Assembly (NCBI GenBank): GCA_018824725.1
Contig: JAHJGB010000062.1
Span: forward strand, 1-51,479
DNA length: 51,479 nucleotides
From: Candidatus Omnitrophota bacterium
GTDB taxonomy: Bacteria; Omnitrophota; Gorgyraeia; Gorgyraeales; Gorgyraeaceae
Direction of reading: 5' to 3'
Shown: in pieces, positions 44,053 to 51,479 of the stretch
How positions within the stretch are numbered: position 1 is the first letter of the stretch
Layout: each line of letters starts with the position of its first letter
Translations under genes and position numbers: made by a program
Notes under the pieces: generated by a model
What the model was told of the DNA's origin: nothing
Seen by the model: only the letters and a program-made list of their open reading frames with translations
The model's database searches: none

Positions 44053-45576
44053 TTAACTCCCACTAAGAACAACATCCATGGTAATGCTGAATTTAACTAT
44101 CTCTTCCCCCGTATCCGTGTCGTTTTCCACGGAAGACGACACGGGCCGCACATCGCTGAAACTCGGCAATGCCTTAAGGCTAGACACAAAATTATTAACC
44201 GACTGATAGGACAAGGCCTTTCCGTTCATGTCCATTCTCCCAAGGCTGCTCTTTTCGATCGATATTACCCCCGACAAATCCGTAATCCAGACATCCTTGG
44301 GAAGCATCTCTGAAACAGCTTTGAATATCCCGAGCCACACAGCCCTGGAAGAGACTGTCTGGTACATGGTATCTATTTCCCCTCTTAAAATATTTTCCTC
44401 TTCCTGTATCTTCTTTATCTTGGGCTCATAAGTCCTGTATGTCTCCATCATCTCTTCCACCTTATCAAGCTTGATCTTTTTTATATAGTAGTCCTGGCGC
44501 ATAAAAACGGAAAAGCTTATAAGCACCAGAGCGCCAGTGGCCATTGAAAGGCCGGCATAAATACGTTTTTGCATAGAGGATTTCTTTTCCGAAAGAGCTT
44601 CTTTAAGAAAATTCACTTCTATTTTTAGATCAGCTATCCCCCTCAGCGCAGCACCCACAACCGTAGAAAACTGATTCTTAGGCCCGCACGCCTGAAGTTT
44701 CTGGAACACATCTTTAGATACCCTTAATTTTCTAAAAGGGTCCATGATATTAGGCTTTATGTTAAATTTGGAAATAAGCGAAGCTTCTATATTTTCCATA
44801 ACGCTTCCGCCGCCTGTCAGAAAAAGCTGGGTTAACTTTTTTTCCTGCGGGGCATCTTCTGCTGCCTGCATAAAATAATACTCCAGGGACCTTTCTACCT
44901 CTGTCAGAAGCTCCTCTGCGCCCTGCTCTTTTGCCTCTTCAATCCTCTCCCCGGCTATAGGAAAACTTCTTATCCATATGTTACCTTTATTAAATATAAT
45001 GAAATTGGTGGATTTCGCTCCTATGTCAAGTATGGCCCCGAGGTCCTGGCTGTTAAAGTCCTCGTTGAATGCCATACAGTTATATACGCTTATGGGCGCG
45101 ACATCTATCAACTCTGTGGACAATTTAACGGAATTCAGCCTGGAAACTATTTCTTCCACCAGGTTTTTCTTTATCGCGACTATGACGGCCCTCCTGGATG
45201 AATCTTTATCGCTATCCAGAAGAGACCAGTCCCACATGACCTCGTTCATGCTGAAAGGTATCTGGTTCTGCGCTTCGAATTTCATAGTCTGTTTCAATTT
45301 ATCCTCTTTCACCTGAAGGAGCTTTACGAATCTTACAAAAACAGACTGCCCGCTTATCGTTATATTCACGGTATTCGGCTTTATATTATTCTCTAATAAT
45401 AATTCGGAGACGAGCTGGCCGGTGATTTTATCCCTGTCAAGTTTCGAGTCTTTGGGGATTTCTTTTATGCCGATCCTGGTCAGGACAATGCTACCCTTTT
45501 CTTTTTTAAGCTCAACTAGCTTTATAAAATGCGTACCTATATCCAAGGCTATCGAACTTGCCTTTAACTTGGCCAT
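44053..45576 (-). CDS. pilM: PilM-PilN fusion (actin-like ATPase, TM helix, PilN-like domain)
   Basis: 507 aa. IALDIGTHFIKLVEL and LDIGAKSTNFIIF actin-fold phosphate loops. TM helix YAGLSMATGALVLISFSVF. C-terminal periplasmic domain. Confidence 0.75.
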   Translation of the reverse strand: MAKLKASSIALDIGTHFIKLVELKKEKGSIVLTRIGIKEIPKDSKLDRDKITGQLVSELLLENNIKPNTVNITISGQSVFVRFVKLLQVKEDKLKQTMKFEAQNQIPFSMNEVMWDWSLLDSDKDSSRRAVIVAIKKNLVEEIVSRLNSVKLSTELIDVAPISVYNCMAFNEDFNSQDLGAILDIGAKSTNFIIFNKGNIWIRSFPIAGERIEEAKEQGAEELLTEVERSLEYYFMQAAEDAPQEKKLTQLFLTGGGSVMENIEASLISKFNIKPNIMDPFRKLRVSKDVFQKLQACGPKNQFSTVVGAALRGIADLKIEVNFLKEALSEKKSSMQKRIYAGLSMATGALVLISFSVFMRQDYYIKKIKLDKVEEMMETYRTYEPKIKKIQEEENILRGEIDTMYQTVSSRAVWLGIFKAVSEMLPKDVWITDLSGVISIEKSSLGRMDMNGKALSYQSVNNFVSSLKALPSFSDVRPVSSSVENDTDTGEEIVKFSITMDVVLSGS

Positions 45577-45762
45577 TTACCTGGTCCTTCCCATTAGCGC
45601 CCTGAGTTTTTTAATATCGTCTTCTGTGTATTCCCGCCAGCCATTAAGGGCATTTCTTCTGGCAGCCGGGAACAGCCTCTTGTTTTCATATCTTATCAGC
45701 GTCTGCTTGGATATACCAAGAAGCTGCGCCGCAGTTTCTGCGGAATAATATCTTTCTTTCAT
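45577..45762 (-). CDS. Small MerR-type helix-turn-helix protein (DNA-binding domain only)
   Basis: 61 aa from ATG 45762 (SD GAGGTG 6 nt upstream). YSAETAAQLLGISKQTLIRYENKRL is a MerR/excisionase-type HTH. Its stop abuts the pilM ATG. Confidence 0.7.
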   Translation of the reverse strand: MKERYYSAETAAQLLGISKQTLIRYENKRLFPAARRNALNGWREYTEDDIKKLRALMGRTR

Positions 45763-45844
45763 ATATGCCACCTCGCTATTTAATAACATGTTTAGCCTCT
45801 TAGACGATTCAGGCCGAACTTTTTTTAATTCGGCCTTAATAGAT

Positions 45845-45946
45845 ATCCTTCAGGCACTCCTAATTTGTCGTGCCTTCAGGATTAATTCGCACTTATCAAT
45901 TACGGATTTTTCCGAAATCCGTAATTGATGTGCTCATTAAAAACCC
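45845..45946 (-). promoter_or_regulatory. Family G conserved leader element (two hairpins), copy 1
   Basis: About 100 nt, shared with 51314..51416. Has a 15-bp-stem hairpin (ATCAATTACGGATTT / AAATCCGTAATTGAT) and a second hairpin with a covarying stem and a conserved loop (GACAAATTAGGAG on the minus strand). Confidence 0.7.
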
Positions 45947-45984
45947 TACCGCAAAAATCATATAGCTTGATAGGGAGTGGTATA

Positions 45985-46013
45985 ACTATATACTATCTGA
46001 TAGTATTTGTCAA
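45985..46013 (-). promoter_or_regulatory. Near-consensus sigma70 promoter with a perfect 15-bp dyad as its spacer
   Basis: On the minus strand: TTGACA-AA-TACTATCAGATAGTA-TATAGT. The spacer is 17 nt and contains the 7-1-7 palindrome TACTATC A GATAGTA. Confidence 0.7.
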
Positions 46014-46086
46014 GGGCAACACCTTAAAAAGGGAGAAGGGTGAAGGGTAAAATGTGAATGTAACTTATTGAAAATAAAGGTTTTAT

Positions 46087-46202
46087 AAATAATAAAGGCA
46101 GACTAAAGTCTGCCCTACAATTTTGTCGCAAAGACCTTCCATAAATACCTTCTGTAGGGCAGGTTTAAACCTGCCCTACAGAAGGTATTCTCGGCCTTTG
46201 CC
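46087..46202 (-). repeat. Family E cassette (variant copy)
   Basis: GGCAGAC-TAAA-GTCTGCC (compensatory changes relative to GGCACAC/GTGTGCC) ... 17-bp-stem hairpin ACCTTCTGTAGGGCAGG/CCTGCCCTACAGAAGGT ... GGCCTTTGCC. Abuts the TAG stop of the 46204 gene. Confidence 0.85.
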
Positions 46203-46203
46203 T

Positions 46204-48009
46204 CTATTCTTCTTTCCAGAACTTAAACGGCTTCTTTTTCTCAGGTTCCGGCTTTATAACCCCTGTTTCGCTTACAGTCCAGGTCCTTTCCGCAGGAACA
46301 GGGTCTATTTCATCTATATCTACTTTGGAATTCTTATTTACATCTTTCGCAGCCTGGACCTTAAAATAATGATTCCCGTCTTTCAGGTCTTTTTTGGACA
46401 CCGAGGTATCCCTGGACCAGACAGACCATTCCTCATCATCAAATTTCCATCTGAACACGCAATCATCTACGGTGCCTTTAAAGGTAAAAAGCGCTTCTTT
46501 TGACTTTGTCAATAAACTCGGCCCGCTTGTGATTATGGTGTCAGGCGCTATTATTATAAGTTCTATGGTATCGCTGATAACCTCTGATTCGTTTCCTGCT
46601 GTATCCTTAAACTTTACATAAACCTTGCGCGTGCCGCTTATAGGAGTCAGCATCCAGTTTTCCTTCTTGGTCTTAAACTGTACCCATTGTTCATTGTCAA
46701 AAACCCCATCGTTTGAAACCACCATACCGCTAACCTCTGTAGTGGAATCGCTGGCTCCAAACACAAGATTGACATAAACAGAATTGGTAACAGCATCCTG
46801 ATTATTTATTATTATATAACCTGTCGGGCCTTTTGTATCAACAGTAAAGCTCCAGACAACCTGAGAGGTTTTATTGCCTACCAGATCAGCCACTTCAATG
46901 GATACCACATTGCTGCCTTCGCTGAGAGGCGTAGACGGGATATATACTATGCTCTGGCTGTTCTCATCATATGCCGCGTCCACCACGGATTTGTTTATCT
47001 TCATGCTTATAGCGTTTGGATCCACGCCGCTCTTGTCGTCACTGGCTGCTATGGTAATCGTAGGCCTGTCAGACGCCAGCGTTGAGCCTTTTTCCGGAGA
47101 ATAATTCCCTATAACAGGGCTTCCTCTGTCTATCCATAATTCATAAGAAGCCATCTCTCCCCAATTGCCGGCTGAATTCTCAGCCTTAAGATTAAACACC
47201 CTGACGCCGTCCCCTAGCAGATCATCTGGAGTTTGATAAAAAGCGCCTGATGTGTCAGCCTTGTCATCAGGTATATATCCCCAGGCATAACTATACCCTA
47301 TGGGTTCCACTCCAGTCACAGGATATTCCCATGACATATAAGGATCTCCGCATCCCTGCCATAATTTTGAAGGGATATCTTTTCCGCCTGGCGCAGTCTT
47401 TGCCCATATTACAGGCATATCTACCTTGCCTGTTGTAAGCTTAAACCCGTTAGCAGCTGTTTCCCATCCTGAGTAATCGTATCCGTCGCATACTCTTACC
47501 CGCCATTTATAATCTATATAACCTTCGGTGGTAGGGAGTATAGGCGTGGTGTACTGCTGGGAATTGGTTTTAATAATACCGGAATCAACGTCTAATGTTT
47601 TAAAGTTATCCTTGGATAACTGAACCTGATAATAACGCTGAGGATCCTGATCCTTGTCTGTAACTACCCATTTCAATGTAAGAGGATTGTCAAGCGTAGC
47701 CTGGCCGTCGTTATATGCTAATATACTTATATCAGGGATAGCGTTTTTGGTGGGAAGCCACCCGCCGTATATTTTATAACTGGCGCCTGTAGCAACATTG
47801 GTGCCTAATGGGTAGCCCACGCTGTTCTCTGAGTTATAGCTCTTTGAAAACCCGCTCGAGCCTCCTCCGTCTGCCACCGCTGTATGCAGCTTATAATTTT
47901 TACTGCTGGATATGCTGGCGCTTGCAATGCCTGTAAAAACAAAAAAGGCCGCTATAAAAAATAAAGCGGTCTTTGAAATAAAATATCTTCTGAATTTAAT
48001 CCAATACAT
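46204..48009 (-). CDS. Secreted Ig-like/beta-sandwich multidomain protein
   Basis: Start taken at MYWIKFRRYF (ATG 48009), with signal peptide ...FVFTGIASA. Repeated Ig-like modules (e.g. SPEKGSTLASDRPTITIAASDDKSGVDPNAI...). Confidence 0.65.
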   Translation of the reverse strand: MYWIKFRRYFISKTALFFIAAFFVFTGIASASISSSKNYKLHTAVADGGGSSGFSKSYNSENSVGYPLGTNVATGASYKIYGGWLPTKNAIPDISILAYNDGQATLDNPLTLKWVVTDKDQDPQRYYQVQLSKDNFKTLDVDSGIIKTNSQQYTTPILPTTEGYIDYKWRVRVCDGYDYSGWETAANGFKLTTGKVDMPVIWAKTAPGGKDIPSKLWQGCGDPYMSWEYPVTGVEPIGYSYAWGYIPDDKADTSGAFYQTPDDLLGDGVRVFNLKAENSAGNWGEMASYELWIDRGSPVIGNYSPEKGSTLASDRPTITIAASDDKSGVDPNAISMKINKSVVDAAYDENSQSIVYIPSTPLSEGSNVVSIEVADLVGNKTSQVVWSFTVDTKGPTGYIIINNQDAVTNSVYVNLVFGASDSTTEVSGMVVSNDGVFDNEQWVQFKTKKENWMLTPISGTRKVYVKFKDTAGNESEVISDTIELIIIAPDTIITSGPSLLTKSKEALFTFKGTVDDCVFRWKFDDEEWSVWSRDTSVSKKDLKDGNHYFKVQAAKDVNKNSKVDIDEIDPVPAERTWTVSETGVIKPEPEKKKPFKFWKEE

Positions 48010-48082
48010 ATTTAAATCAATTGTACTGCAAAAAAATAAAAAATCAAGAATAATTTTTGGGATTAACTGCCCTAGCAATCAC

Positions 48083-48132
48083 TGATGGAAGTCCGACTCC
48101 CATCAGGATTGATGGGAGTCGGACTTCCATCA
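48083..48132. repeat. Family A REP-like hairpin (23-bp stem)
   Basis: TGATGGAAGTCCGACTCCCATCA-GGAT-TGATGGGAGTCGGACTTCCATCA, perfect. Confidence 0.9.
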
Positions 48133-48153
48133 TGCTTAGGCCCCCCTATAAAT

Positions 48154-51100
48154 TTATCGCTCGAAGACTACCCAGATCTTCTTTTCAGCCAGGACATTGC
48201 CTTTTTCCAGAGTCTGGCCTGTGACAATAATCCTGTAGCAATCAGAATGAACCGTGATAAGATTAGAAATCTGCCTGAACCTGTCTTTCTTATCCGTATC
48301 GACAGATCCCAGCGAATTGGTATCGATAAGGTCGCCTATGCCCATATTAAGGCCATTCTTGTTACCAAAAACCCTGTTATTTATAATGTTATCCGCTACG
48401 GCATCATCTATGCCCGGCAGAGCAGTTAAAACTCTTTTAGAAGCTGTATTTATATTTATCCTGCCGTATAAATTATTTACAGGATCCAGTCTTATAAAAT
48501 CAAAATGAGCAGCGCCTGTATCCGAACTGTTCTTTATTTTTATTTCCAGGATCCCGCCAGGCGTAGACATAGAACTGCCGGTGCCTATTTCTATATTACC
48601 AAAATTAATTCCCCCATCAGGCCCAGGCGTGAGAGCAGGCGTAAAACTCGTCCATGTATTATCCGCCAGATGTACTGATATTGCCATTGCCTCCTCTTCT
48701 TCGCCGAATATCTTTAATTTATAATAGCCATTTTTCAGGCCGTCCGCTGCCTCCCACTTCCATGTCCCTATTGAATCAGGCGTTCCGTTTTCGCACCAGT
48801 CTGTAAAAGGCGCTGCCCTCTGCACGACTTTCCAATTCCCTTCGGAACCTTTTACAATTTTATTTTCCGCTTCCAGCCTTATGCCGTATATGGTAAGCCT
48901 GTCTGCAATCTTCGTAACAGTCTCTATGGGAATAGTCTTCCAATCGTCTACGCTGATAGAAACGGAAGAAATCTCTCCAACTGAAGAAAAATTTTTATTC
49001 TTTACTTTAACCTCGGTATCATAATGCTCTATTATTTCCTCTCCTATCTTTTCCCTCATCCCGTCATTATCATTAGGCAGGCCTGGAGTACCTCCTTTTT
49101 TTGCAGTAGAAACATACCATCTGTTACTGCTTGAACTAGGGTCTGATTTTTCCAATGCCTTATAATCAGTTACATTGCCGCTAGAATACTCCTCCTTATC
49201 CACAATATGGCCCATGGGATCTTTAAGCGTTATGATATTCCCTCCCATAAAAGCAGTATCGCTTAAAAGATCAGAGTTAGGACTGATCGATCTTAAAAAA
49301 TGCAGGGTTGCGGATTTTTCCTTTCCCCATATTGATATAAATGAAATCCCGTTACTATTTATCCCTGCCTGGCTATCGTCTTTGTCAATAGCTAATACAA
49401 GGTGCTCATGCGGACCTATTACAGTTCCAAGCGGTATAGTAGCCGGCCACCCTTCTTTGCTCGGCCCGTCTACAGTCCAGCCGCTAAGATTCACTTCCCT
49501 AGGAGTAAGATTTATAAGTTCTATATATTCTCCGTCAGGCGCCTGGCTCAGCTCTATTGATTTAAAATACGTAGACCCGGTTTCCCGATTGTTCTCTATC
49601 CTGACAGTAAGCTTTCCGCTTGAAACATTAACGACTTTCCCTCCGCCAAACAAATCTCCGTCTTTGATGCTTTCAGAATGAGTTCCGCTTATCTCCACAT
49701 CTCCTATTTCCTGATCAGCTATGCCACTAAACAACCTGACATAATATTTCCCGTCCGGTATATCTTTCCATGTCCATTCGCCTTCTCCGGATTTACCTCC
49801 TTTTGGCTCATTATTCTGATAATATGAATTCTGCCATGTCCAGTCTCCGCCCGGCTCCTGGCCGCTGAAAGTGCTTCTGGAAATAACAGGCCTTACCATT
49901 ATCTCATTTATCCTGATGCCCTCTACACCCCTTATCTCGCTTGAACTGAAATTCTGCTGCCCCAGCCTAGGATACAATTCAAGATAGGAAAAATAACAAA
50001 CCGACCCTGTGCTGTTCTTAATAGAAAGATTTAAGATTTTATTATCAAACGAAACCGCCCCTATCCTCAATAGCTCCCCATGCTTGACATAATTCTGCGT
50101 CATGCCGTTTACAGTGACATCTCCCACCGGTTCATCTTTTGTTCCAAACACGCCTATGTAATATTCGCCTTCCGGCAGATTTATCCAGGTAATTGTAAAC
50201 GGCTCCCCGTTTTCCACATCGCTCCGGTAACAGCCCCCCCTCCATATCCAGTCTCCTATATCGCCTCTATTGATTGCAGCGAGCCTGGTGTATAACTTTG
50301 GTATAACGCTCTGGCTGAAATCATCATCGCACGCGTCTATTATATTGGCTGCTTTCTGGAACGGATCGGTCACGCCCGCGTCTTCAAGCAATACACTAAG
50401 AGTCTGGGCGTCCATGGTATTGATATTATCCTTAAATCTATCCTGGACATCTGTATTCCTATCAACCGAATAAGTGGTTATATAAGGATATAATTTATAA
50501 AGTTCCTGCTTAGAGACCGACTTGATTTTGCTTATCTCAAAAGGCGTTTCAAACGCCCTGTCATCCCCATGAAGATTAAACGGATCGTATTCCATGGGCT
50601 CGTCTATACCTTCGCTCGCTTCATCTATGATACCATTTGAATTATTGTCTATGCCGTCAGAATCCAGTATCCTCTGATTATAGTTATCATCTACGCCCAT
50701 CTCGCCCGGCTGACCATCAGACCCGTATCTGAAACTAAGTATATCTTCATAAACTTTATCCGGATCTTTCAAGCCGCAAGAATTTATAAATTTTTGCAGG
50801 TCCAGTTCATACGGCGTCCATCCTTCTGTAACCTTTAAAGGCGAAAGATTATGTTTATAAGCCACATTTATATCCATAAAACTCGTTTCATCCCTGACCA
50901 GGACAGCATACCTTCCTATTGTCTCGTCCTGGTCATTGTAAATATCCATCCATTTTGAATCAGGCTGGCCGTCACCGTCATTATCGACATCGCTGCCTGT
51001 AAAAACAGTGTGCCATTTATCTTCAAAGCTGTCTATATTTCTTGGGTCTTCTTTTAAAATCTGCTGCGCGTATGTGATTCCTGCCTGCGCAAGGTAGGAT

Positions 51101-51258
51101 GCCCTGGTGGCTTCCAGATAATTAGCTGCGGCTCTTAATTCCAGCCTCATGGTGAATGCAAAAGATATTGCCATTATGCCAGCAACAGCCAGAACGCTTA
51201 CCACAAGTATCAGCGCAATGCCTTTTTCCTGCCTCATTTTATTCATATTGTATTTCAT
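48154..51258 (-). CDS. Giant GspK-like minor pseudopilin with an ~900-aa insert (Ca-binding-like motifs, lamin-tail-like domain, three beta-sandwich repeats)
   Basis: N-terminus MRQEKGIALILVVSVLAVAGIMAISFAF...RAAANY. C-terminus NINTASKRVLTALPGIDDAVADNIINNR (GspK HhH). Internal INEIMVRP...EYIELINLTPREVNLSGWTV. The start is ambiguous (ATGs at 51258, 51246, 51237). Confidence 0.7.
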   Translation of the reverse strand: MKYNMNKMRQEKGIALILVVSVLAVAGIMAISFAFTMRLELRAAANYLEATRASYLAQAGITYAQQILKEDPRNIDSFEDKWHTVFTGSDVDNDGDGQPDSKWMDIYNDQDETIGRYAVLVRDETSFMDINVAYKHNLSPLKVTEGWTPYELDLQKFINSCGLKDPDKVYEDILSFRYGSDGQPGEMGVDDNYNQRILDSDGIDNNSNGIIDEASEGIDEPMEYDPFNLHGDDRAFETPFEISKIKSVSKQELYKLYPYITTYSVDRNTDVQDRFKDNINTMDAQTLSVLLEDAGVTDPFQKAANIIDACDDDFSQSVIPKLYTRLAAINRGDIGDWIWRGGCYRSDVENGEPFTITWINLPEGEYYIGVFGTKDEPVGDVTVNGMTQNYVKHGELLRIGAVSFDNKILNLSIKNSTGSVCYFSYLELYPRLGQQNFSSSEIRGVEGIRINEIMVRPVISRSTFSGQEPGGDWTWQNSYYQNNEPKGGKSGEGEWTWKDIPDGKYYVRLFSGIADQEIGDVEISGTHSESIKDGDLFGGGKVVNVSSGKLTVRIENNRETGSTYFKSIELSQAPDGEYIELINLTPREVNLSGWTVDGPSKEGWPATIPLGTVIGPHEHLVLAIDKDDSQAGINSNGISFISIWGKEKSATLHFLRSISPNSDLLSDTAFMGGNIITLKDPMGHIVDKEEYSSGNVTDYKALEKSDPSSSSNRWYVSTAKKGGTPGLPNDNDGMREKIGEEIIEHYDTEVKVKNKNFSSVGEISSVSISVDDWKTIPIETVTKIADRLTIYGIRLEAENKIVKGSEGNWKVVQRAAPFTDWCENGTPDSIGTWKWEAADGLKNGYYKLKIFGEEEEAMAISVHLADNTWTSFTPALTPGPDGGINFGNIEIGTGSSMSTPGGILEIKIKNSSDTGAAHFDFIRLDPVNNLYGRININTASKRVLTALPGIDDAVADNIINNRVFGNKNGLNMGIGDLIDTNSLGSVDTDKKDRFRQISNLITVHSDCYRIIVTGQTLEKGNVLAEKKIWVVFER

Positions 51259-51313
51259 TATACAAAGCAACCTTCAGATTTGCAAATCAATTTCTCCGGG
51301 TTAATATCTATAG

Positions 51314-51416
51314 ATCCTTCGGATACTCCTATTTGTCGTATCCTCAGGATTAATTCGCACTTATCAATTACGAATTTTTTCAAAATTCGTAATTGATGTG
51401 CTCATTAAAAAACCCC
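51314..51416 (-). promoter_or_regulatory. Family G conserved leader element, copy 2
   Basis: ATCCTTCGGATACTCCTATTTGTCGTATCCTCAGGATTAATTCGCACTTATCAATTACGAATTTT..AAAATTCGTAATTGATGTGCTCATTAAAAA. Lies about 45-160 nt upstream of the GspK-like start. Confidence 0.7.
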
Positions 51417-51439
51417 GCATCCTTTTAATGAGTACTATG

Positions 51440-51476
51440 ATGGAAGCCCGACTCCCTATGGGAGTCGGGCTTCCAT
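51440..51476. repeat. Family A REP-like hairpin
   Basis: ATGGAAGCCCGACTCCC-TAT-GGGAGTCGGGCTTCCAT, a perfect 17-bp stem. Confidence 0.9.
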
Positions 51477-51479
51477 AAA

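Overview
This is a 51.5-kb AT-rich chromosomal window from a diderm bacterium, as shown by the Bam, Lpt, Lol, Mla, Lnt and secretin genes. I cannot place it taxonomically; the Firmicute-like synteny and very dense palindromic repeats suggest an uncultivated lineage.

About 45 protein genes are present, and all but two (rpsT and a decayed HNH gene) lie on the minus strand.
- Housekeeping block (53..36054): metG, yaaT, holB, tmk, cysS, ispF, ispD, yacL-like PIN/TRAM, mlaD, mlaF, ruvB, ruvA, ruvC, mlaE, clpC, mcsB, mcsA, ilvE, lolD, lolC/E, lysS, lnt, secA, prfB, ogt, uvrC, murJ, rpsT, holA, lptE-like, bamD-like.
- Envelope-machine cluster (36176..51270): radical SAM enzyme, small membrane protein, LacI-type regulator, two tandem secretins, PilP/PilO/PilM-N-like proteins, a small MerR-type HTH protein, an Ig-domain surface protein and a 1034-aa GspK-like pseudopilin.
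- I found no rRNA, tRNA or CRISPR array.

Main observations:
1. By my count, about 24 of 27 intergenic gaps are filled by palindromic repeats of at least eight families.
2. One family sits in frame inside holB and uvrC and supplies the C-terminus and stop codon of rpsT, as Rickettsia palindromic elements do.
3. One 150-nt multi-hairpin core occurs three times, twice inside a larger ~320-425-nt hairpin whose outer stems differ in sequence but still pair. It may be a structured RNA.
4. One cassette runs from the stop codon of one gene to 7-10 nt before the start codon of the next.
5. Three genes carry coding lesions: cysS (+1 in an A8 run), the HNH gene (two -1 shifts in A6 runs) and secA (a 7-bp tandem duplication that splits off the SEC-C tail).
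6. The secretin/pilus-like operon has an unusual composition and a near-consensus promoter whose spacer is a perfect 15-bp dyad.

All protein calls rest on motifs I recognised by eye. No database search was run.
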